Positions 38,044 to 49,699 of a DNA stretch of 64,000 nt are shown piece after piece. Source of the DNA: Octopus bimaculoides (lineage: Eukaryota); the NCBI RefSeq assembly GCF_001194135.2, contig NC_068981.1:77630078-77694077 (forward strand), read 5' to 3'. Position 1 is the first letter of the stretch; each line of letters begins with the position of its first letter. Both the position numbers and the translations under genes were made by a program. The notes under the pieces were generated by a model. It searched no databases. It had not been told where the DNA came from and was given only the letters and a program-made list of their open reading frames with translations.

Positions 38044-39642
38044 AGGCAAGATTCTATTCCACCACAACAATAAGTAATGAATAATTCTGTCTGATCCTAA
38101 GCTACACATCCAGTGTCTGGCATGGAACGACCAACGCCTTGTAAGTGTATTTGGTAAACGGAAACTGAAGGAAGTACATGGTATTTATGTGTGTATGTAC
38201 GTATGTATGTGTGTGTGAGCATAAACACGCACAGCTCCTATATTAATGTTCATAAATATAGACCCATTTACAAATGCAATTATACACTCCACTCGGATAT
38301 CAGATAATAGAAATCCAATACATTCACATAAACCGTATAGAGGCGTTATAATTAGCGCATTCGAAATCAAAATTCCAGAAATGCAATTAAAAGAATAAGC
38401 TTAAGCGAACGCTTATTAACCAAACGAGGATTACTCCTGCAAAAAGGGTGTCACTCTCAATATTGACTTCGGTAATTTATACACATATTATCCATGCATC
38501 CCGGTGTTGCCCGGGGGTTATGACCCACAAGCACATTGTATTATTTGCTCCTTTGTTATGGGCAAAATCAGTACATCTGATATATAGTTAATGGCATAAT
38601 GGAAGTTATATTTTTGCTTAATAGTCAAGGGTAAGGGTACGATTTGCAGAGGTTTGTATGAAAGTGATTTCTGTTCTTAAGAAGAATCAGAAACTATATA
38701 TTGTTTCATCGTATAAAAGGGGGTTAATACAAGTTTGTCCAGAAATCACGTTTTCAGAATTTTAATTACCACCAGCCCCACCGCAATTTCTTAATTTGTA
38801 ACTGTTTACAAATTGTTTTTGTTTTATATACGTAGAAAAATACAACGATTACGATTTTCAAACATCCAAACTGACGAGACCCCTTTGTCACAAGAATTGA
38901 TTACTGTACAATGTCCCTTGAAATGCTAATTTATATAGCGAAATCTGGTTGAATTTCACGACATCCATATAATATGTATATATTTATAAAAAAATATTAA
39001 ACTATATGAAACGAAGGCATTTCTCTTCCACTTTTAATATTTGCTTTCCATATATTTTCAACCTATATGAACGAGGAAGGCAGAGATAGACAAATAGGAG
39101 AATAGAGCGTAAGATAGAGGTAGAAACCGGAAAAGAAAATGCTCGATGATTCGAAAGTCTTACATTTTAGCTATGTTCAAAGTTCATTAAATCCATTGTG
39201 AGGTAGATGAAGAATAGAGGTTGGTTGAATCTAAGGTCTTGTAGTTAGTTATTAGCATGGCTCCCACGTATCTGCCTGTTCGGCTAGTTGACCACCGATG
39301 TAATCTGAGGGAGTTATCCATAATTAGGATATCCGGTGTGGTTATTAAGACTTATGTGTCACTAACTTATAGGTTGTAGGTTGTTCGTATATTTACAAAG
39401 GAAGCCGTAGATAAGGGTAAAGTTTATATCTAGCATCGGTACTATTTAGCGTGTAAATAGACTAAGTAACGGAATAATATTTAGGTCTGAGGAGTGCAAA
39501 GATAAATGAAAAGATAGAAAGGGGAAATTTAACATGTAAAAAGAGTTGGTAGTTATCGACTGAAATGAATTATAAGGAAAAAGTAGGTTAGCGTAGAATG
39601 TAGATTATGTATATTAATTATTTATTGATAATGTGGGTTGGA

Positions 39643-39688
<46 letters not shown>

Positions 39689-39797
39689 ACAAACAACAGC
39701 TTTCACTTTGAATTACACAGTTTGGATTTTCATTTTCATCACGGAGAGTTGCGGTTTAAACAGCATTAACGATTATCACTGATGCTTTTATAACCAG

Positions 39798-40055
39798 CAT
39801 GAAGATTTCGCTCATTTGACAGCACTCACAACACTTGCAAATATATCTAGAAAAATATATGCTATTCTAATTATTATAGCAAATTCGGAAACTTGGTGAG
39901 GTAGGAAGCCTTGCCGGCTTTCAAGTACTACGAACATGAAGATTTGGTTGATTTAACACCACTCATAATACTTGAAAATATATCTGAAAAAATGTTATTC
40001 TGGTTATTATAACAAATTCGGAAACTTGACGAAGTAGAAAGCCTTACCGACTTTT
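39798..40055 (+). repeat. Diverged tandem duplication, period 137 bp
   Basis: CATGAAGATTT at 39798 and 39935; AAATTCGGAAACTTG in both units. Confidence 0.85.
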
Positions 40056-41292
40056 TTAATATGATCACAGTACTTATAACCAGTTTGAAGATAATACATT
40101 TTTGATAGTCCTACCGTCCTTATCGTATCCCTGCTATGCTGCTTTAACAATGTTAGTATTCAACCCCGTGCAATCTTTTTTACTACGTTTGTATTTATTC
40201 TACAGCCTTACACAGTAAGTGATATCAAATGAATTTATGTTTTGCTACATACATCCTTCAGTAGTTTTTGTTTTTTTTAATTAACGTTCACAACTGCAAC
40301 ATATTCGTTTCTACGCACTTTCAACAGCGTTCGGTTCAAAACTGTAAAATAATGAATTATCTTTGTATAAAAAATTGAATTATGCCTTCTGAATTTTCTT
40401 GGAGGTTGACTTTCTTGACTGTCACACTCAATCCTGAATTTTGTAACATTTAGTACATGTTCCAAATAAGTGTTGGCATTCTGTACTTTGTTACATTGGT
40501 AACACATAGTAATTTTGGAAGATTCGCTTATTTTTCGTTTCAGTAATAGAAAAAGATTTTACAAAAGATCCTATGTATCATGGTGAGAGAAACAAATTCA
40601 TACAGTGTTGAATATAGTTTCACTATGGAAAAAAGTTAAGGGCGATTTAACTGTTGTCTTTAGCACATACCCACCAGTGGGATATTTTAAAAAGTCTTCT
40701 ATTAATCAAATGAAAAAATAAATGAATCTATTTTTTTTTTCAAACTTATTTCCATTACACTCAAGCAAAAAAATAATTTATGCATTTCTTTCTCTTCAAA
40801 AGTTTTCTCCCCACACCCTCAGAAAAAGAAGGTTTCCCCTCAAATTTCTTTACAATCGTAATCTATACCGTTTGAAAGGTATTTATGTAAAATTTCATTA
40901 AAAGATATCCATTTTACTAAAAGTTATGAGGGGAAAAAATAGGATCTTTTGATTTTTTTCAAAAGTTCTCTCCTCACCCATCGGTTCGTTGCGGCAAATT
41001 TTTGTTTCCATATTCGTTTAATACACATTGTTTTACACCTGTTACACTTGTTTTTTCTTTTCTTTTTTCTGATGGTGTGGGGTTCGTGGTTGGCTTTTAA
41101 AATAAATGTTAACCGTAATTTTTGTTTAATTGGTGACTTTCCGATGCTGGAATATTTCTTTTTGAAATATTCCCCGACAAAAATTTCTATACCACAACTA
41201 TACTACAGAAAGTATGTTTTGCACCTATATTGACTACATTTCGATTCGCTTCAACTTTGTGTGTACGTTTTGCTGTTTTCAATATTATCAAT

Positions 41293-41398
<106 letters not shown>

Positions 41399-41429
41399 TG
41401 TGTGTGTTTCCGCGTTCGTTACGTTTATA

Positions 41430-43166
41430 GTAAAAGACATTTTATGCTGTTTTAATGAGCCAACATTTAATGAAGTTGCCATCATTATGGTAGGTGATCC
41501 CCATGAAAATCGTGATATTCTCTTTCGTGATCGAGATAACAACCTTGAACGTGTTTCACAGACTCATTCTTCTTGTGATGCTCTCCAGTATCCTTTTATT
41601 TTGTGGAATGGAAAAGATGGACATCCTTTCAATATTCCACACATTGAACCTGCAACAGGAGAGCCAATTACAAATAAAAAGGTATCGTCAAATGACTTCT
41701 ATTCTTACGAAATTATGTTAAGACCAGACCAATCAAATCAATTGTACATATATCGTAATTTATTTCAGCAATGCCTGGTTGAAATGTTTGCTAAAGTTGA
41801 CAGTCAGCGTCTCATCTACATTCATGACAATCAAAAAAAGTTAAGGGCTAAAAATTATGTTCATCTCCAAGATTTTCTGAGGACAGGTGGTGATATTGAA
41901 AACATGTAGCAACTTCTAATCCTCCCATCATCATTCATTGGTGGCCCTCGATATATGCACCAACGAACAACATGCTATGACACATGTCAGGATATGGAAA
42001 ACTTGATGTTTTTATCACTTTCTCCTGAAATCCTAAATGGGAGGAAATAAAACCTAACCTTTTTCCGGTTTCGCATCCTCTGGTATTGCAACTACCTCCT
42101 CAAGCTCCCTCCAAACCTTGCAATGAAAGAATCTCAAATGTGCAACATTTCCAACTCTGCAATGGCAAGAGTTCTCCAAGAAACTTGCTTCATTGTTTGG
42201 GATGAGTGTACTGTCAGATCCTGGGGCTCTAGACGTACCCTCTAAGACATAAAACAACAATAGCACGCTCATGGGAGGAGTAACAGTTCTTGCAAGATAT
42301 TTTCGTCAAACGTTGCCAGTTATCCCTAGACGATCAAACACTGATGAGGTCAATGCATGCTTTAAAAAGTCATACCATTAGAGACATGTGAAAAACCTTC
42401 ATCTTACAAGCAACATAAGAGTATTTCTACAAGGTCATACGAGCTTCTTAAGATAGGAAATGGGTTATTAGCATTAAATTCAAGACTGCAGCTACATGAA
42501 ATTGCATGCAGTCAAATGATACTTTCACTTAGGGATAAAATATTTCCTAATTTATCTGTCAATTGCACTGATGTAAGCTAGCTATGTGAAAGAGCTATGC
42601 TAGTTCCAACTAATGAAATCATTGATAAGCTCAATCATGAACTTCTTTACAAGTTAACAGATATATCAGAAATGAATTTTTGATCAACTGACAACAGTCG
42701 ATCAAGATCATGTTGTTCAATACCCTTTTGAATTTCTGAACACCCTTAAAGCCACTGGGATACCGCCGCATAACTTGATACTAAAACTGGGTGCTCCCAT
42801 TATGTTGTTTAGGAATCTTAAATGCTACTTCTATGAAGCCCCATGTCCTACAGGCAACAATCATAGCAAGTAGTCACAAAGGAGAAAATGTCTTTATTCC
42901 AAACAATTCCTCTCATATCCACAGATGTTCCATTTGAATTTAAGACGCTTCAGTTTCCAGTCAAACTAAGCTTTGGTTTTCCACTTAACAAATCTCAGGG
43001 TCAATCCCTCAAGTTAGTTGCACTTTATCTTACTACTACATGCTTCTCACACGGCCATCTCTATCTTGCTTGCACGCGAGTTGGAAGCAGCAACAATTTG
43101 TTCATTTTGACACCAACAGAAAATTACACAATGAATATTGTTTACCCTGAAGTGCTTCAACATTGA
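41430..43166 (+). mobile_element. Helitron Rep/Helicase pseudogene, internally deleted
   Basis: NEVAIIMVGD...DALQYP...LFQQCLVEMFAKVDSQRL, ILPSSFIGGPRYM, VFITF..NPKWEEI, SSGIA, IVWDEC, FRQTLPVI, GIPPHNLILKLGAPIML, QFPVKLSFGFPLNKSQGQSL, HGHLYLACTRV. Confidence 0.93.
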
Positions 43167-43244
43167 CAGATTTTCAGTTCGAAATTCTATTATTATTACA
43201 GTTTGGATATTTTTTAAATAAAACATAGATATTTTGTGGTAACG

Positions 43245-43302
<58 letters not shown>

Positions 43303-44143
43303 AACGATTATATCTAGATATATTAAAGCAAATGTGTAGGAATGTGTGTGTGTTTGAGTTTATGTATGTATGTATGTCTCTCTCTCTATATATATATATG
43401 TGTGTGTATGTGTGTGAGTGTGTGTGTGTGTGTGAGTGTGTGTGTATGTGTGTGTGTGTATGCAAAGAGGATGAGTTGGGTAGGGACAGCAAAATAAATA
43501 TTATAGCACTAAATTGAAGCTATCGACTGGAACGGCTTTAAAATCAGTTTGTTTCAATTTACACAGTTTAAACTGTAAACTAATAAACTACCGAACGCAC
43601 AATCTACGAACAAACACGAAATATAACAATCGATAACAGTATGAACCCACACACATACATATAGACTTGCATACATATATATGTATATATACGTATGTAT
43701 GCATGTATGTATGTCATACATACATTGTGTGATTGTATGTGAGTACACACAAGCACATATATATATGTATACATATACATGTATATATATATATATATAT
43801 ATATNNNNNNNNNNNNNNNNNNNNNNNNNNNNNNNNNNNNNNNNNNNNNNNNNNNNNNNNNNNNNNNNNNNNNNNNNNNNNNNNNNNNNNNNNNNNNNNN
43901 NNNNNNNNNNNNNNNNNNNNNNNNNNNNNNNNNNNNNNNNNNNNNNNNNNNNNNNNNNNNNNNNNNNNNNNNNNNNNNNNNNNNNNNNNNNNNNNNNNNN
44001 NNNNNNNNNNNNNNNNNNNNNNNNNNNNNNNNNNNNNNNNNNNNNNNNNNNNNNNNNNNNNNNNNNNNNNNNNNNNNNNNNNNNNNNNNNNNNNNNNNNN
44101 NNNNNNNNNNNNNNNNNNNNNNNNNNNNNNNNNNNNNNNNNNN

Positions 44144-44179
<36 letters not shown>

Positions 44180-44192
44180 GATAGATAGATAA

Positions 44193-44235
<43 letters not shown>

Positions 44236-44599
44236 TGTATATATATGTATATATATATCCACATATATACTTGTGCGTGTCTGTACTATAACTACTGTAT
44301 AAAAAGTTATCAAATGAAACCACTTAAAAACTGACAAGTCATTATTATCACTGGCTTAAACGGTGCAAATGCAATTAAGATTGTAAAGATGTACGAGCCA
44401 GGAAAGGTCACAAAAATATGAGCTGATACAAAATATAGCGGCGTCTTTCCCAGTAAGAACATACAAATGCATGTGCTTAAGACAAAGCATGCGCACGCAT
44501 GAACACAACCAAGCAAATTTACATACACATAAACAAAAGCAAACATATTTACGTACATACTCACATGCACACATAGATACGTACATATAGACATACATG

Positions 44600-44638
<39 letters not shown>

Positions 44639-45040
44639 GTCTCCATATTCCCTGCCACATCGGCTAACTTTGGTGAGCGTAAGGTTATGTAATCGGATTA
44701 TTACCTAACACTCCATTGTATTCCTAGCGTGAGACCGATTTGTAAGAACAGCAGTGTGATGGATGTATAATGCTGTACATATATATATATATATATATAT
44801 ATAAATCGAATTTAAAGTTAAGCAATTAACGTTTAGAAAGTAGCCGTTAAATGCAGTCTCCAAACCTTTCAGGGTAAATCATTGGTAGGGTATCTACGAA
44901 CCGCGTTCACAACTTACAACTTCCGGATGTCATCATCGATACTTTGCATTCAACGTTGGATCTACGTCCAGAAAATTCCAAGGAGCATGCATGGCACATT
45001 TTAGCGATTAATGAAATAGACACAGCGTAACTAGAAATAT

Positions 45041-45087
45041 TTACTAGCCCAACAATCGTTTCGGTGAAACGATTGTTGTGCTAATAA
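45041..45087. repeat. 47 bp near-perfect palindrome
   Basis: TTACTAGCCCAACAATCGTTTC-GGT-GAAACGATTGTTGTGCTAATAA, 13 bp perfect core, two mismatches. Confidence 0.95.
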
Positions 45088-45147
45088 CTACTTCTTGTTA
45101 CACTCCGTCTTCTCTATCAATCTTTAATATAAACATATGTATTGTTT

Positions 45148-46428
45148 TCAGGCTGAGTGAAAAGCAAGCAACGTTTTGAAACACGAAATTCATCACAATA
45201 TATTTCAACAATGCGGGAATTTTATTCATGAAAGTAAGTACCAAATACAATCAACACAATTTTGCCAACGAGTTACAACTTTGTTTATTCTAGTAACAGA
45301 AAGTTCTGGAGTTCTGGAGTTGATGAACTCTTTGAACGTACTTTCAGCATCGGTTTGATTCTTGTACTCCTTCTCTCACAGGAAACCATCAAGGTACTTG
45401 AAAAAGTGGTAGTCGGTAGGAGAAAGGTCTGGCGAATAAGCTGGATAGGGAAAAACTTTGTAGCCAAGTTCCCTCAACTTCTGGAGCATCATTAGTGAAA
45501 CGTGTGGTCGAGCACTGTCATGAAGAATGATTGGCCCTCTTCTGTTGACCAGTCTGAGACGGGGGAGTAGCAGTTTTTCGTTCCTTTTGGCAATTTCATA
45601 GTAATATGTTTCTATAGTAATGGTTTTTCCAGGTTTTAAGAAGTTATATTGTATGAGTCCAGCAGTACACCACCAAACAGTTACCATAACTTTCATTTTA
45701 AAGAGCTCGGGATTAGGGATGTTTTCGGTACATCATTTCGGTCCAACCACTGCGAAGAACTTCTTTTTATTATTGTACAGAATCTATTTTTCATCGCAAG
45801 TTACAATACGGACGAAAAATTGATCGGTCTGGTTACGGAGAAGAAACGTCGAAGAAATTTCATATCTGCGCATTTTCTGATTTTCATTCAAATCGTGTGG
45901 TACCCATTTGCCGAGCTTTTACGATTTTCCGACCCCTGCAAATGGTTGCAGGCAGTTTTCTAGCTAACTTGAAGTTCTTTTGCCAGTTCTAGAGTGGTTT
46001 TATCTGGATCTTAATCAATGACAGTATTTTACTGACCGTCATCGATGACAGATGGGAGTCTCGCGATCTTCAAGGCTCAGGACTCCACTTTGAGATCGTT
46101 TAAACCATTTTCGTGCTGACTACTCACTGGTCATTTCCTCACCAAACGTTTCGTTATTATCGCGAGCAGTTTCAGCCGCTTTATGTCCTTTTTTGAAGTT
46201 GAATAGCAAACATGCTCGAATATCGCGCTTTGACAATTCCTTTTCAGCCGATTGTAACAACGGTGAAAAACAATACCAATGCTAATTTATTGATGCGTTT
46301 ATGCAAGCCTATGTTTGTATTATCAGACATTTGTGGAAAAAAAGGTTTAAAAAACATTCAAAACTCTGCAAAAGTCCAGTACAAATTCTTCATAGTTCAA
46401 AACGTTGCTCAGGTTTTACTCAGCCTGA
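45148..46428 (-). mobile_element. Full-length mariner (cecropia/Hsmar1-like), disrupted
   Basis: TIRs TCAGGCTGAGTGAAAAGCAAGCAACGTTTTGA and TCAAAACGTTGCTCAGGTTTTACTCAGCCTGA|TA; ILHDSARPH, YSPDLSPTDYHFFKYLDGFL. Confidence 0.95.
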
Positions 46429-46912
46429 TATAATAATTCCCAAATAATTATTCAGGAGAACCGAAATCATCAATGCTCCTCGAGAGAAACAGATCGAAAC
46501 GTGCCATCCGTCTGAAAGGCACTCTATAGGCAAACCTCTGGCGAGAAAAACTTTAGAAAATCGAACGTTCATCGCATATTTGGCAAATATATCTGCCAGA
46601 TTAGTTTGTTAGATATTTTTCGACCCATTTATTCTAATTCTTTCGCAGTGTAGTTTGATTTGTGACACTTCATTAATAAAATATTTTAAAATATTTTCAT
46701 CTTAGTGTTTTATGTTTTTTTTTCTTTTTTTTTCGTAGCTTATAACTCTACAACTTTTGTTTATCGATCTTGAAATTTGAAATTTTAATAAGCTTTACCT
46801 CTTTTCTGACGTTGCATTTGAAGAGCTAAGTAGGAAGAAAGCTAAGGAATCTATCTTACTGTCCAATCCTGTGTGAAGGTAAACTTGAATAAACAGTTGA
46901 ATTTTGTACGTA

Positions 46913-47164
46913 GTACATTATTTACATTATTTACATTTGACGAATATTTGTCCTCATCTTGTTTGTTGTTAACACAACGTTTCCGCTGATATACTCTCCA
47001 GCCTTCATCAGGTGTCTTGGGGAAATTTCGAACCTGGGTTCTCATTACTAAGGTATTTTTCGATGCTATTATTATTATTATTATTATTCAGGTCACTGTC
47101 TGGAATCGAACTCGGAATCTTGAGGTTTGTAGCCCGCGCTCTTCACCACTATGCCATATGCCCG
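46913..47164 (-). repeat. Inverted copy of the tRNA-head/(AAT)n/HHR terminal cassette
   Basis: Reverse complement of 49213-49437. Confidence 0.93.
46971..47016 (-). ncRNA. Minimal type I hammerhead ribozyme
   Basis: Reverse complement GACAC-CTGATGA-A-GGCTG(GAGAGTATAT)CAGCG-GAAA-CG-T-T-GTGTT; stem I GACAC/GTGTT, palindromic AACGTT stem III, one G.G mismatch at the base of stem II. Confidence 0.8.
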
Positions 47165-49163
47165 TTCGAAAAAGCTTCAAATAAATATCGAAATCAAAGA
47201 GAGGTTATCTTCATTACTTAGGGAAATAACGAGAAATGATGATAGAACAAGAATCCAACAAGATCTAGAAAAGTCGTACATGAAAAAATTTGAAATAGTG
47301 AAGGCACGCCAGATTAAGAAGTTTATGAAACTCAAAGGTCAGAGAATAAAGACTGAAGTCTGTCATTCACCTGTGAAAGCAGTAATTAATATAAGCAGCT
47401 GACATCTAGAAAGCTCTGAAGAAGCAGTATTAAACAAAGGTCTCAACTTTGCGACAACCATCAAGCGAATTCCATACTTGGACATAATAGACTCTATTGA
47501 ATAGATAGCCATAAAGATACCAAAACCTCAGGGAGATAGATGAACTAAGGTGGAAAATGGACAAGTACTAGAAAAAGCAAAACTTCCCAAACCAAACATC
47601 ACTAAGGAAGAAACGTTCGCTATCAAAAGACTACAGAGTGACAATTCCATCATAATACTTCCAACGGACAAAGGAAATGCTACAGCGGTGATGAACAAGT
47701 CTGACTACTCTGAAACATTGGCAAGTCTTATAAGTGATGGTAGCTGCAGCAAAATAATGAAAGATCCAACACTTAAAATAGAGAAGTTGCCACAGATCTT
47801 GATCAAGAACAAGGATCACTTTACACCAATGAAGTACAGACAACTGACTCAACACTACAGTAAATTACCACACATGTACGGTCTCCCTAATATTCACAAG
47901 TATGGTATTCCATTAAGACCTATAGTGAGCTGTAGAGGTTCAGAATGTCATCCACTGAGCCGCTTCCTTGTGGATATAATCAGTCCATTAGCAGGAAAGT
48001 CAACATCGTGCGTGAAGAATTATACCCACTTCACAGAATTGATCAAGGATACCCCTATCGAATCCAACCAGATGGTGAGTCTAGATGTAATAAGTCTGTT
48101 CGCCAAAGTCCCAGCACTAGCGGTAATTCAAGAAAAACTAGTGACAGACACCCTTCTAAAAGAACGCTCTAGTATACCAATAAGAAGCTTGATGGAAATG
48201 TTGACCTTTAGTGTAGAAACTACCTACTTCAGTACGGACTCTGATATATATCGACAAAAAGAGAGTTTAGCTATGGGTTCGCCATTATCACCGATAATAG
48301 CTATTATATATATGGAATATATTGAGAATTTCGCTTTAGGATCAAAACCAGAAAAAATAAACCTATGGTTGCGATATGTTGATGACACGTTTATACTCTG
48401 GCTCCACTAGGGAGATGTCCAAGTGCTGTTAGATCATGTGAACTCAATAAAGCCATCGGTACAGTTCACACTGGAGAAGAAGAAAGACAATCAGCTAGCT
48501 TTCCTGGACGTATTAATAACACGAACCAAGTATGGATTCAGGACATGCATATACCGCAAGCCGACCTTCACTGGTCGATACCGTAACTTCAATGCCTACC
48601 CTCCATACTACTCACTCCAATTATGAAGAAAAGATAGGATCAAACCAATAAACTGTCCACAGTTTTCTAACCTATGTGAAAGGCGTCTCCGAAAAGATAC
48701 AAAAGATATGCGGCCCATATGACATCAGGACAGTATTCAAGAGTAATACAACACTTCGCAAATATCTCCTTCNNNNNNNNNNTTCAAGAGTAATACAACA
48801 CTTCGCAAATATCTCCTTCGGGTAAAACTACCAATAGAAGAGAATATGACCAAAAACTGCGTGTACTCCATCCCATGCAACTGCGGTAGGTTATACAAAG
48901 GCGAAACATGTAGCCCCCTCAAAATAAGGGTAGAGGAACATCGCAAAGCTGTGACACGAGGAGATATTGATAAATCGGGTATAGCTGATCATGTATGGAA
49001 AAATGGAGACCACGTCCCCCTGAGGAATGAAGTTAAAATAATAGACAGAGAACACCACAGGAAAATACGTAAACTAAAAGAAGCAGCACATATCACAAGA
49101 CACAACAACCTCCTAAGCAGACCGAGTGCAGATATGAGAAGCACATGGGAACAGATAGGATAG
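47165..49163 (+). mobile_element. Poseidon/Penelope-like PLE, 5'-truncated disrupted RT + GIY-YIG
   Basis: LNKGLNF, PTDKGNAT, MYGLPNIHK, LRPIVS, VSLDVISLF, LAMGSPLSP, WLRYVDDTF, LAFLDVLI, YRKPT, CVYSIPCNCGRLYKGET...RVEEH, RKLKEA. Confidence 0.95.
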
Positions 49164-49212
49164 GAAAATATTAGATTTATAAGTCCTAAAATTTTTACTT
49201 CAGAAATACCCA

Positions 49213-49437
49213 CGGGCATATGGCGTAGTGGTTAAGAGCGCGGGCTACTAACCCAAAGATTCCGAGTTCGATTCCAGTCAGTGACCTGAATAATAATAAT
49301 ATTAATAATAATAACATCGAAACATACCTTAGGTTCGAAATTTCCCCCAGATGAAGGCTGGAAGGTATCTCAGCCGAAACGTTAAGTTAACAACAAACAG
49401 GATGAGGGCAAATATCCGTCAGATGTAAATAATGTAC
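49213..49437 (+). repeat. 3' terminal cassette: tRNA-like head (49214-49286) + (AAT)n + HHR (49347-49390)
   Basis: A box TGGCGTAGTGG, B box GTTCGATTCC; HHR stem II GGCTG/CAGCC perfect then GAAACGTT, but the stem I/core start is damaged (CCCCCAGATGA). Confidence 0.9.
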
Positions 49438-49499
49438 GTAATTCCTCATCACTTATATAGAGATGTATTTGTCCATAGTATCTGGCAAAATGAGCAAAA

Positions 49500-49620
49500 G
49501 GCAAAGCATTTTCAAACAAGATTTCTAGGAGCGATGCGATTACATTTGAAAGTGTCCGGTTCAATCAATTGCCAAAACTGTTGCTACTGGCCAACTGAGA
49601 AACTACAGCCAACAGTAAGA
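49500..49620 (+). mobile_element. maT-like transposase fragment
   Basis: LHLKVSGSINCQNCCYWPTEK (~FHLSGSVNRQNCRYWA.EN). Confidence 0.45.
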
Positions 49621-49699
49621 TGCCATATAGAATTATCATGATTTGTAATGTAGTGTGGATTGTCTTTATTGGATTTCATAGGATCATTTCTTGTTGTTA

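Noticed and set aside
40277-40507. 76 aa ORF starting MCYQCNKV
   Set aside because: No recognisable domain beyond a lone CxxC; length is expected by chance
41146-41176. Short hairpin GGAATATTTC-T-tract-GAAATATTCC
   Set aside because: A 10 bp AT-rich stem with no ribozyme core or supporting copies; compatible with chance
48736-48819. Direct duplication TTCAAGAGTAATACAACACTTCGCAAATATCTCCTTC on both sides of a 10-N gap
   Set aside because: Identical overlap at a nominal gap is a typical scaffolding artefact, not a biological repeat
49214-49286. Functional tRNA gene
   Set aside because: Acceptor and anticodon stems are mismatched, and the anticodon differs between the two copies (ACT vs ACA); treated as a tRNA-derived head
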